Positions 50,985 to 63,603 of a stretch of DNA of 64,000 nucleotides are shown piece by piece. Below the pieces are notes generated by a model. It saw nothing but the letters and a program-made list of their open reading frames with translations. It was not told the DNA's origin and made no database searches. The number at the start of each line of letters is the position of its first letter. Position 1 is the first letter of the stretch. Source of the DNA: Styela clava (Eukaryota); the NCBI RefSeq assembly GCF_964204865.1, contig NC_135252.1, positions 11,098,001 to 11,162,000 on the forward strand, written 5' to 3'. The position numbers and the translations under genes are program-made.

Positions 50985-52938
50985 TGTTGTCAGTATTGCT
51001 ATCAATAGACGAGTTGCTTCACATTTGACCGCATACAATACATATCACCTTAATGTTAAGGCTAAAGTATGCAATATGTCTCGTTTAGACAATCCTCGAA
51101 GTGTTCGTACATAAGATATTCGTGTAAATAATTTACGAATTTAAAACTCCTGGTGTTTACTCAAGATAGGCTAACGTACATCTTAGTTATCTTTCTGTAG
51201 TGCATTGTAGAGACTGGAGCGACTCCCCGGGTAGACTGTTTATTTAGCACTTATAGTTCACAAAATATCATCCATCTATGTTTGTTTGAGATAACGTGTG
51301 TACATCACAAGCTCAAAAACTCAAAGTGATTTGTAAACTGAATCTGAAACTTTGTAGTCTACCTAAATTGACGAAAAAGGTCCTCACGAACTGATCTCTT
51401 TCTATTGAGAGTAGAGAGAGATGATACTGTCATTAGGCTTCGGTCGTCAAGTTATATTTTTAATTTCTAAGGGCACCTTTCACAAGAATTTCTCTGCTCG
51501 AAAAGCCAAACAAATAAATCATCAACTTGGTTCACGTAGTTCGTGAACTTGAAACGGAGAATCAAATACAACAATTATTTATTTATATCAAAAAGAAATG
51601 TGAAAAAAATGAAGTTGTATTGAACTGTAAAAAAATGAGACAGGAGGGACACCTTCAGTGATGTCTTGGGAACTGTGATTGGAAATCATGTTGATAACTC
51701 TGTAAAAATCTTCTTATTGTAAGCAGTAGTAACAGATGCAAATACCAGAACTCTTTTTCGACTCATAATATGTTGTACCAAACAAATAGCTTTGACTCTA
51801 AGCTTCTTTTTGAACATGAAATAACTATATAGATGGTTTTCACATAATTGCTGAAAAGTTGGTGCTGTTCCGTTCGAAAGAAGATGCTTTACCCTGCAAC
51901 TAATTATCCAACTAATTATCCAAATTTACCACCCAGATTCTTCACTCGACAAAGCCGGTGCTCAGTTACGATCTTATAGGTAGTGACAAGAATTGCCACA
52001 GAAGTGTACTTGATGTTTAATGGTGATTTGAAGTACCGTATTGGTATGTTCAAATAATATATTTCTGTGTAAATATCATGGGCTACTAACGTACCAAAAT
52101 TAGTCGTGTGATCACCGTTGCTGTATATATAAACATAGCTCTACTATAATTTATTTTGTCAGCTGGCGGTGCAACAACATTATTCACCTACACAAATATT
52201 AGGGTTGGCAAATTTGGGGTTAGTTCTATATTGTTCTATTTTTTCTTCCTTAAGTTCATTTGATTATATTTATCTGTACATTTAATTCCTCAAACCCAAA
52301 GTGTATTACATTTGAAAATTCATGGGTTGCCACACCAAGCTAAGCGTGGATTTGCGGATTTGAATCCCATAGAGGTGCAACACAATTTACTTTAAATTAT
52401 TCTGGTCATGATATTAAGTGGAGTATCAGAAATCAAGGAAACACTATCGACTGCAATAAGACAGCATTTTACATTGTGATAACGTCATCATGGAGCACGA
52501 GAACAGAAAACACTCGGCTGATCCTTACGTACACTGTACGGCCTGGTTTCCCAATAAAATAAGATAGTTATAATAAGAGTTATTGTGCATAATGATCGCG
52601 TAAATAGACTTTTTGTTTGACAAATATCAAGTTATCATGCCTAGATACAAAAAAATAAATACAACTAAGGAATAAATTACGAATTGGTCAAATATAAAAA
52701 TGATACATGTAACCTTCTTTTGGTGGAGTGGGAAGACTTTTAAAATGGCATTAGTAATTTTGCCATTAGTCTTTTGATTGACATTGCGTTATATATTCTC
52801 TACTTAATATTCAAGATAGATTGTTTTGTTAGAAACAGTATAACGACAGTCAATAATACTGGTAGTTGTAATAGAATTAGATGAGTATGATGTACAGTCT
52901 GATTCTTTCTTGGAAATTTCTTCTTCAAGTCACATGCT

Positions 52939-55900
52939 TCAAATTGAATCCAAGTTTATCTGTAAAAAGCAATATGCGGTTCCAGATATGAACGTACAAG
53001 TACACATAGCTGCAAAATATTTTCACACAGATAAAATTATAAATAAATATGATTAAATGGTCTTCACCTCGTCTTTTAGTGGGTCATCGTCATCCGACTC
53101 ATCCGTGGTTTCATCATCAAATGCTTCGTTTGAAAATTCTGTTGCTTTTGATGGTTCGCTTTGATTATTATCATGATTTACGTCTTCATTATTATTTCTT
53201 AAAATAGTGAGCACAGATGTAAATTTTTATAATAAAAACTGGCAAATAGGTACAATTTAGAGAATAGTCGAAACTCAATGCAGTGTTGAAAACTATTTAT
53301 ACTCACTCTGCACATTCTTCTTATTTGAATAGCTTGTATTAATATTGCTAAATTGTTTAAGATTAAGATGCTACAAGAAAATGTATCTGAAAATACTGGA
53401 AAATATGAGCCTTACCTCTTTCTCCAACGTATTATTAATATGATGCCAACAATCAACAGTATTGCGACAAGGACGGCCACTCCGATATAAATTGCTGCAA
53501 GAAGAACAAAATTTACAAAATGTGGTCATTGAATATCAAAAAATAAATATATATTCAGCGGATTCACATCAACGCCGTATATCACATCGAAAATGAGAGT
53601 AAGCAAATTACAGCATTGGTTTACTCATAAAAAATAATACACTCTAACATATTTTCTATATAATCGTTTTCAATATTTATATCATCGTTATATATCTAAC
53701 CTTTATTGCCAGAATTTTCTGTTACACCTGTTGATTCGTAAATGATTTCTGTTGTCACTTCATTTTGCCATGGTTCTGTCGTTTGATTGTCGAAGATTTT
53801 AGAAAAAGGAAAAGTTATGTACAAATATAAAACTTACGTATATTATATATATCGTGAAGATATTGTAATCAGATATGAATTTATATGCAAACTACACCAA
53901 ATATCATCAAAAAACCTTTAACGTTATCGCTGATGACAAGTGAAATAGTCAAGATGAATGGCTACCGAAACAATTATTATATTGAAATGAGTTTCTGGTA
54001 GAATTCTGTACCATATGATCGGTTACCTGTAGTCGGCGGCAAACTTTCATTAGTTGTTTCAACAGGTATTGTCGTTGTTTCTCGTATTGTACTTTCATCT
54101 GCTGTGTACAATATGTGTTTTATATTAATTTAAACTTCTAAATTCAATGGATTTAATATGGAATATATTTCCTAATGAAATTATTCAATTTTCTAATTTG
54201 ATTCGTCAAACAAGAATATCTTTTTATGCAAATTCATGAGTTTTGTTCCTACTTTAGATAATTCAATACGCACCAAAGTTATATTATATAGATCAGGGTG
54301 GTACAAGGTTGTTCTATTCGGGGGCCACAAAATTATTTTCAAATTGTTCGCGGGCCATAATAGTGTCAAGTATAGGTAAACAGCGCAATACAAAACAAAC
54401 ACTTTTATTGTGCAAACACATTGATCATCATCACATTGCAAAAAGTCTTTTTTCTATATCTACCTTTAGTTTTGGATTTCAAACTATTCATAACGAAAAA
54501 AAAGTGCTTCCGCAAATTTAGAACATCGATACGATTCTCAGAGCAAAATCCCTACTTTAGAAAATGCTCACTGATCGGAAGATTGTTAAATGTCGTTTTA
54601 TATTCTTTTGTTATCGACACAACTTGCAAGCATTGTTGTATTTTCATGCCGAAATGCAGTTGAAAATCTGGTTGAATTGGTCAGCGTTCTTTCCAAATTC
54701 ATGTTTACAAAATAACTGCAGAATGATTGATTACCAAATATGAGGTACAGGGAGGTAATTACTGAATTTTCTGTCATAATAGGCATCATTTTTTGTAATA
54801 TTGTCTAGGTTATTTGAAACAAATACATACTGTAGGATTTATAATGTTAGGCTATAACATTATTATCTGGTTATCATGTCAAGAGATTTTTCTGGTTATA
54901 TTATGACTAGACAACATCAAATACGATTCTTTGATTACCTCCCATCAAATGTGATTTTTTGATTATGCCATAGATAATAAGGCTGTGGGCCACATGTGTC
55001 CCGCGGATCTGTGTTCGGACCACCCTGAATAGATTCAGGGCTCTATGATATTTTACTTCATCAACTTGATATTAAATTTGGATATAGTACTTGTAATATA
55101 TGTCGAATTTGTAGCAGATGTTGTTGAGTAGGCTGTTGATATGTCTGTTGTCACTTGCTGTGTAGTTGTATCTGTAAAACAAATCAATTACACAGATCAG
55201 CGACAGCTTATAATAGTAACTATATAGATTAATTAATATTAGAAAAATTGATTTTTGTCAATTTTTTTAATTTTTGCCGATTGAACAGAAAAACTATAAA
55301 ACGATTCATATCCTTGCACAAAATTGGACCCAATATGGAATTGCGATATAAATTTGTCAAATATTACATATCATCTATTAACATATTATTCTCTGATCAT
55401 GTTAGAAAATAAAACAATTAGTCAATGGTTAATTGGCAATAAAACACGCTGAACAAATAATAACGATATTTTTCTCCATTTTATACTTCCATGAACATAA
55501 TATTTTTTACTATTATTGAAAAAACTGTACCTACAAACTCAGTCGTAGATAGCGGTACTGTTGTCTGTGGTGGCAATGTAGTGCCAGTATCTGTAAATTA
55601 ATAGAATGTAATCCACTTCGACTCTTGTTTTTAAATGTTTAAATAAGTGACCTATTTACAGTGAAGGTACGGAATTCAGTTGATTGCCTCTTCACATGCA
55701 TGAATATCTGCCGTTGGTGAATACATACTTACATGCCTTGAAAATTTTTTCATTTTAAAATATATACCCAAATGTTTTTATATGCTATATCGTGCTAACG
55801 TACAATTGATAATGTGGTGCTGCATGCATTCTGGAATTTTTATCTAAGTTATTTTCCTTCTGCTCTTATCGTAGTGTAGGGATGTAAAGATTCAAATTGC

Positions 55901-56829
55901 ACTTCTTTCTATATTCTATAAATCTATAACAATCACAAGATTTCAAGATAGATGTACTATATTGTATAAATGAGAGAGAATATCAAAAACAATATGTAAG
56001 TAAAATTAAATTTTACAGTATTGAAGTTGTGTTTCAAAATGCTTCGTTCTGTAAATCCAGAAACTCACCTATGATGTTCACGGATAAAATTCGGGATCCC
56101 AAATCAGAAGGTGTTTGCACTCTGCAAGTGTAATTTCCCGAATCATTAATTTCTACATAATGCAAAAAGTACAAGCCAACTTCATTTTCGGAAATAGATT
56201 CTTGAAACACTGCTGCTTTACCAGCTTGTGTGATTTGTACTTCAGAATCATCTTTCCACCAAGATATTGTGAACGTAGTAGAGATGTTGTAGATGCATCT
56301 AACAGAATTTTGTGTTACCTCATAGTGGTTGATGTCGATCTCAAATTCATTGATTTCAGGAACAAACTGAATGTCTGCAAAGAAATTGTTTTTATATCAC
56401 ATGAAGCACAAGAGAGCTTTGCCCAAATATATGTACACGAAAATCAAATTATTACGTCCAAGAGCCTCATGAATGAAATTGCCCTATTAGTAGCACCACA
56501 TCCGATTTGGCCTCGTTTTACAGACAAATAGTGTGATTGTTCCATATCACCAAATATCGTGTAAATATTGGAATTGTCAAAATGTGTCGTACTGTAATAG
56601 GACTATTATCTGTCTAACAGTAAAAGCTCTTTTATTTCTTTTATTTTACGCACTGGAAACAATTGCGTTGAGGAGAGCAAGCATTTATTTACAAACCCAA
56701 CAACAGCACGTCCAATAACATGATCCAAGCATGATTGAACAAAGATAAAAGATTCCTACCTGCATTGATATCTGCATTTATCAGCCAACCACAACTAACC
56801 AATACGAAGATCAGAGATACAACAAACAT
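52939..56829 (-). CDS. Gene D: ~298-aa Ig + mucin-stalk type I membrane protein (TIM-like architecture)
   Basis: Leader 56760-56829 (MFVVSLIFVLVSCGWLINA..). Ig exon 56069-56374 (VRCIYN..ISWWKDD..DSGNYTC), missed by the ORF track. Thr-rich phase-1 exons 55531-55590, 55091-55171, 54027-54101 and 53701-53775. TM 53416-53494. Acidic tail 53068-53197 and 52939-52959. Total 897 nt, in frame. Confidence 0.85.
54294..55027. mobile_element. hAT-type non-autonomous element in a gene D intron
   Basis: Ends CAGGGTGGTACAA / TTCGGACCACCCTG, GGGCCACA subterminal motifs and an imperfect TSD ATATAGAT/AATAGAT. Confidence 0.65.
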
Positions 56830-57129
56830 AATACAATTCTTTTTATCTAGTTATTGCACAGCTCTCGCGTTGAAGTTTTAATTTCAAAAGCTCGAATAAA
56901 CTGATTTAGACATAAACAGTTTTACCCTTGTCTTACATTTTGCAATAATATATTATATTCAAACATGGTCACATCGCATCTTAGTTATACATTACCTTCC
57001 GACAATGATAATTGTAAATATTTGAATACCGACGTCATTCAAATATATTATCATCAAATGTCTCGGCGTTTGCTTTGGCACGTGAATGAATACTCTAGTC
57101 TTGTCCAGCATACACCAGTCTGCTACAGG

Positions 57130-57604
57130 AGTGGTGACTCTTCTACGGCCCATGGGCCGGGGCCACGGCCCATCTAATTGGGCCACATGGGCCGTGGCCC
57201 ATCCAGCTATGGGCCGCGGCCCATCAGGAAAAATTCAATTATCGTACCAAAATTTTCAATTATATTCGAACCAAAAAAAATCGCAGGATGCCAGTATGCC
57301 ACCAAACCTTTTTCTTACAATAAGCCTTTACATAAAAATAAAGCAAAATACCGAGCTACAGAAAAGGATACACCTGAAGTATGTGTACCAGGTTAGGGTT
57401 AGGACAAAATTTTGTTCAGATTTTTCACATTGTAGGCCTAGTTCTATTATGAGTTTAGGGAGTGGGTAGAATTTACATATTTATTAGTCTTTATTATTTT
57501 ATCCCTTTCTAAAAACTGATGGGCCGCGGCCCATAGCCTGATGGGCCGAGGCCCATTTCAATGGGCCGTGGCCCCGACCCATGGGCCATAGAGGAGTCAC
57601 CACT
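57130..57604. mobile_element. GC-rich MITE with long TIRs
   Basis: AGTGGTGACTCTTCTACGGCCCATGGGCCGGGGCCACGGCCCAT is inverted at the right end. Internal ATGGGCC repeats. Confidence 0.8.
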
Positions 57605-59668
57605 TCCACTACCAGTCTGGATGCTGTACATTATTTTCAGGACTTACCGTATTCAATGGAATTAAACCCTGCCGTCTCTGAGCGAAGTTGCTCTCTCACC
57701 TGGGAGGTCTGCGGTGCCGTATCGGCAGGGCAATAAAGTAATTCGAAATATTGTTTTTTTTTACCTTTTTATAAATTTTTACCAATTATGGGTAGCAAAC
57801 TGACGGGCATCTCAAACGAAATCAAATTTTATCACGCAGTGAGATAAAATGTTACATTCTGAAATAAAGTTTGTCAAAAAATGAGAAATTTATTTTAGTC
57901 GCAACATATTTTTTTTCTCATTTTCAGTGAGTTATGATCCGAAATCTCGTATTTTATGGAGAAATATTTTACCAATAACATAGAGCTCTTGGTATGCTTT
58001 CAGTTGATACTTGAATTACTTCCTTAGCTATTGTATAACCAAGATTATAGCGAAATATGCAATTCTACATTCTTGTATCGGATGAACAAGTTCAATAATC
58101 GGTCATGACGTTTTGGTCACGTAGCTACGCAATCTCGTGATTGGCGTCACGAGATTGGGACTACGCACAGTCGAGACGATTTGCGTCGCAAATTGCGTAA
58201 GATAACAATTACGGAAAGCTTTGCGATCACATTCTCCGCGGGACATCAACTGACGAGTTGCGATAAAACTTTAACCCTTTTCATCATGTCAACTCCGAGA
58301 CACCGGATGCGTAAAATAAATATCGCAATCGCCTAACAAAACTAGAAATTACCGTTGGAAAACAGCCCAAATTAGTTCAAATATCAGCAAAAATAAGTAT
58401 TTGTTTGCCAGATTTTGTGAAATGTTAGCCGAGGCAAGTAAAGATTACGAAATTCACCGTTTATTGTGTGAATTCATCAAATCGTAAAGCGCCTGACGAA
58501 AACTCAGGAGTTAAACTCAGTTACAAACGCACGTGAAATGTATTGCACACGTTTCGGTCTCATTCGATTCTGGTTGTATCATTACGTTGCAATCTCGGTA
58601 CCGCTTTATATAAAACTATACGAAAACTTTATATAAAAATTAAAGAGTTTTTCTTGTAAGATTCACTAGTATTAGGGCACTAGGCAATCTTCATTTTCGG
58701 AAGAAAAAGTTTGAATTGACTTGAAGCTATCCCTAATCTAGAAGGTAGATTTTCATGCAAATAGTCTGCAACTCCTACCGTATTGTGAATTAATGTTAAG
58801 TGGCACTATATGATAGGACATCCCTTATGGTTTCATGTTTTTTATTGTTCTGTTATGTACTAATAGACCATGATTTGGTTTATGTCCCTTTGGTGCTGTC
58901 ACAGGTTTATGGGGCTTGAGCTGACAGTCAAATTTGAAGCTATACGCATAACATGCGTAACATCGGGTTAATTAACTGGAAACAATTTTTACTAGATCTT
59001 CTCAACGACATAATCGGTATAAACGATGACAATGTTCAATCCAAACAGAATTCTAATCAGAATCATATTGACATGCAGGCATTTGTTAAAACACTACAAA
59101 GCCATGCATGCGAAATTAATATATTATCCATCATATAACAACTTGAGAGAAATCTTTCCACTGAACTTGCGTAACTTTTTATGAGTCTTCGCGTAGCCCT
59201 CACTTTGCACCTTCTTGTCATAAAACTGAGTTATTTATATTCTGTCAGACGATTTAGGACTAATAGCTGTTGGGAAAAATATCGTCAAAAATTACTCTAT
59301 TGGTGAATATGTTTCAACCATTAGGGAACAATTTCGACGGCTTGACTCCCCTGTCCTATAACTATAGATACGTGTTTTCATTTATTTATTTGAATTATGA
59401 CATCATAGAAAACTAAAACATAAATTAAGGTGAAAGGCGGAATGATATGTTGCATAATATACAAGTAATCAAGTTCAAACATTGTATCTTACTAGTATGA
59501 TTCATAGCAATGTTCTTGAAATGTTGAAAATATCAAATAATAATATTAAAAAAATAATAAACAGTTCTGTATAATATATAGTATTCATCTTTGCATTATA
59601 TACTTCTCAAAATAACGAAATTTATGTAAGATTTACAGTTTCTTAATCTTGTCACAAATAGTAGGTTT

Positions 59669-62600
59669 TCAATCATCATTCTCTACGAAACAATTCTTGT
59701 CTTCACTTTTCTTTGATTTCTTTACTCTGGTGAAATGTTAATAAGATATCTTATAATTCATTTTTATGTATCTGTAATTTTTTTTATAATTACACTTCTA
59801 AAAATGAAAATATATATTGATATTTGACTTTGCATCGAAGTATCGATAAATATCAGATATTTTGCTTTAAACCAGTATCTGTATTGAAGTTCATTATCGC
59901 TTAAACGTCCTGTTGCGAATGCAGAAAAGTGTTGCAGTGTATAAAAAATCATTTTAAGTGACATTTCACGGTTGCGAGCCTATCTTTACACAACAACGTA
60001 AGCGATGCTATTGACTGACTATATGTGTCTGGTTCGGCTTAGGCTTACCATGCTATTCCATTCAGGTATAGATCATGGATATGGTGTTCGATATTAAGAC
60101 TAACTCACAAAGTACACTCTATCATTATTTAAACTCCGTTTTTAATTTAATACTTACATGGTATATAAATCGACTGGCTTCGATTCCGTTTGAACTTCAG
60201 TAGGTTGAACATTGGGTTTATAGAGTCTTAAAAGATAACAATTCTATTTTTTATAACATTTATATGCCTATATACAAGCCAGTGTTATTGCACACACTGT
60301 TTTTGTGAAATTGATGAATACAGAAATGATGCATCACCAGTTTCCTCTTTCCCAGTTACCTTCTCGAGGAAGCGTTACCTATACGTACCACAGTACATAG
60401 AAAGAGGTTGACCTACTGGCAGAATTATCTGAACAAATTTCCTGTCGGTGTCAAATACAGGTTTTCCAGCCTTATATGCGGAAATTCTATGACGTAATAC
60501 TGCGCATTGGTAGTGTTTAAATTGTTAACGCAAATTGTATTTCAAACATGTAATTATTGCATTGCACGATATAAATATATATATATAAGTAATAAAGCCT
60601 ATATTCGTGCCATGCGACTGATGAAAGTTTCTGTCATTTTATTATCCATTGTCCATTTATCCATTTATTATCAAATATTGGAGACGAGTTAACTATATGT
60701 TGTGTAGTTCAGTGTTTAGAAACTCGTTTATTTATTTTCAATATCACCTGTCATAAAGTCCATCTTCACCCACATTTTCTTGCCCAGCTTGGGTATGAAC
60801 GAATTTTAAATTCAACTGTTGATACTCTGTATCATCGACGTCACTATTTTTATTCAATACCCTGAAACATATATAATTTTTGTCACATCGGAACAGTTTT
60901 TAGGTTTCAAGTTCGAAATAAAAATGAGTGTAGAATTTTCGATCTAGATTCTAGAATCACAATGCTTTGCTCTAGAATGTATTATGAATATCCATTTAAC
61001 CTATACTATATCCTTTAGGAATTTAAAAATATAACTGTGAATGATACTTTCAACACTAATGATAAAATGCGAGAGATGCACACAGTGTCACCGGCTGTAA
61101 TGTTTGCAAAATTTATAAAATTATGCAAATCCGAAGCTAAAGGTTCCGTTTGTTGTTTTGTTTATCAAATTTTTTGAAAACGTAATCCATCATAAACAAT
61201 CATAACTTATACCGTTATCGGTCATTAAATGTCTATATCTGAATTATTTATATATTGATGTTTGCCCACGCGTATGATGCTTCTTTGTCCTCTGGTGATG
61301 ATGGTTCATCCGCTTCATCAGCTTGATTGTGAACTGGTTGTAAATTTAGCTGTTGGTAGTTTGAATTATCAGGTATTTTATTTTTGTCCAATTCCCTAAA
61401 ATACAAACAAATACAGTTCAAGAAACGTCCAACGTATCCTGGCGATCCCGAAACACGATGTTTCGCACTAAACGTGTTTACTAAAATTTGATTTATCTTT
61501 AGTAGTTCTTTCCAAATATTTCTGTGAAATGGCTTCGAACAATTTATGTTTTGAATAGAAACCACCAACTGGATTATTTAAATTAAAATTATTATTCAGA
61601 TTGATTCGTCATATTCAAGCAAGTGTATGTTTTGTGAAATTGTGTTTGGGCAAAATTCTAATAAAACCGCACGGAAGTAAAATTAAAATATGCATCACAG
61701 TCTTGGTGCTTTATCTTGATAAACTGGCTAAAAACAATTAATTTAGTAAAAGCAATTTTGTGCCTAACCAAATCAGTTGTTAAATTACTATACTGGCCAT
61801 ATATTGGTAGACGTTAGCTCACGCATAAAACATATCTTCGCCCTTTGACTGTTCATTGTCCACAGAAAATCCAGCAACGTCTTCAGCAGGCAAGAAACCA
61901 TCATCATCAATTATTGCGTATTCGCTTCAGAATAAAAATAATCTGATTTGTAAACCATATTTGTATGTTCTTCTCCATTTGAGATATTGATTAAGTGTTA
62001 TTTGAAACGAAGTAAAAACTCAAACCAGAAGTTTAAGTTGAATAGCCTTGGCCAAATAACAAGTTACAGCTAATTTAATTATTCAAGGAATTTTCCGTTT
62101 AATGTATTAGTAGAAACATTGTCATGATCTTGAATAGTCGAACGATGAAACCAAGATGTATGTGCCAAGTGCCATAGTGCATATATGCATGATGTAATCA
62201 ATTTACATAAAAATATATCATCATACTTATTAGGCAAAAAAACGGGCTTTCGATTATGAAGAACAACTTCTTCATATGTTCCATTGAAAGTTCCATTTGG
62301 TACAGGTGCTTTTCTGTAATAAATTGCAATATAGTTAAGTATTGTTGGATACCACATACCAATAGTACATTTTAATATGCGACATGGCAGGCAGTAAGAT
62401 AATAATTCTTGGATAGAATTAGGTCCCGTTACCAGTAGTTAAAAGAGAAAAGGGCGACTTTGGTCCTGTAAACACGAACACAACAACAACTTAAAAAAAT
62501 TGTACTCATACTTTATGTTAGAAATAATGAAATTCAAAAAGAAAAATTTTTTTTCGATTTTGTAAAATATTTGATTGTTGGTAAGGAAGTAAAGAAATTA

Positions 62601-62690
62601 ATAATACGTGACTACCCTTCTTTGATATATGTCTAATTGTCTACAACTTACTCAACATTTCGCTTGTCAGCCGGTTCGTTTGTTTTCTGT
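59669..62690 (-). CDS. Gene E (3' part): tyrosine-motif-rich cytoplasmic tail with tandem ITAM-like motifs
   Basis: Phase-2 exons 62652-62690, 62227-62313, 61823-61924, 61270-61395, 60748-60861, 60158-60226 and 59669-59726 chain into ..GTYEEV..NEYAII..DNEQSKGEDMFYAELDKNKIPDNSNYQQL..EPSSPEDKEASYAVLNKNSDVDDTEYQQL..GEDGLYDRL..DLYTIVKKSKK..DD*. The TM and ectodomain are presumed to lie beyond the right edge. Confidence 0.75.
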
Positions 62691-62867
62691 CTGTAAATGG
62701 AATATTGTTGTGAGTTACTTGTTTGTTCGATGAAGGTAACATGATGTTTATTTTTTGTTTTACCTTATATAGAAAAAATAATATGCAATTCAGATGACAG
62801 CAATTAAAACAAACACTCCTATGACCGCGCCGGCTATGGGACCTACAAATATAAAAAAAAAATCAAC

Positions 62868-62955
62868 ATGGTATATAAATCGACTGGCTTAGATTCCGTT
62901 TGAACTTTAGTAGGTTGAACATTGGGTTTATAGAGTCTTAAAAGATAACAATTCT
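62868..62955 (-). repeat. Near-identical displaced copy of gene E exon 60158-60226
   Basis: About 88 bp matching 60158-60246 with two substitutions. The acceptor is retained and the donor is GTTGAT. Confidence 0.85.
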
Positions 62956-63412
62956 AGAATCACAATTAGGGTTTTGTTTTTTATCAATTCTAAAAAAAAC
63001 ATCGTGTTTTAAATCAAATATTTTCTGTATTATTTGTATTTTTTATTGAAATACCCCCTGCATCGCCGCGAAACTACGCCAAAACGTTGCATTCTGGCAG
63101 ATGCACACGCAGCCGGAATTATAATTTCAAAATATAAGTAAAATTTTATAATTTGACTTTCGCTTCTATTGCGTACATTTATCGCCATGCTTGTATCTCC
63201 ACCAAAGTCATAAGATTATACCCGGAATGTTTAGCCGAGATATCAGAGAGACGTTTTGAGTAAGAAAAATTATGAAAATTAGCTCACGAGCCCACTACAA
63301 AAGCAATTAGATCAAGTGCAGCCCTCCGGCAAAACGAGTGGGTTGCGATAATGAAGAATATGCTCATATCGGCGGTAATCTACTAATATAAACGACGAGA
63401 CACCCTAGCGGC

Positions 63413-63603
63413 TAGGGTCACCATATTTAAAAAAGCAAAATTCCGGACAGTGCATGCTATTTTCATGACCTCGTAGTAAAAAATATGCGCACGGTACGAA
63501 ATAACAATGTTCTGTATTATCAGATTCCGGACATTTGAGCGTTTTTTAAATTCTTTCCGGACGCAAAATTTGACCCTAAATTCTGGACGGTATGGCAACC
63601 CTA
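63413..63603. mobile_element. Small hAT-like MITE
   Basis: Inverted ends TAGGGTCACCATA / TATGGCAACCCTA and internal TTCCGGAC repeats. No clear TSD. Confidence 0.55.

Noticed and set aside
56115-56531. 138-aa plus-strand ORF
   Set aside because: It is the antisense shadow of the gene D Ig exon and has no independent features.
57380-57405. TTAGGG telomere-like motif (also AACCCTAACC at ~11463)
   Set aside because: Only 1-2 units, and they are internal to a MITE family rather than an interstitial telomere.
62433-62465. Possible extra exon in gene E with a good acceptor and GTAACG donor
   Set aside because: In the required phase 2 it creates a TGA at the next junction, so it was left out of the model.
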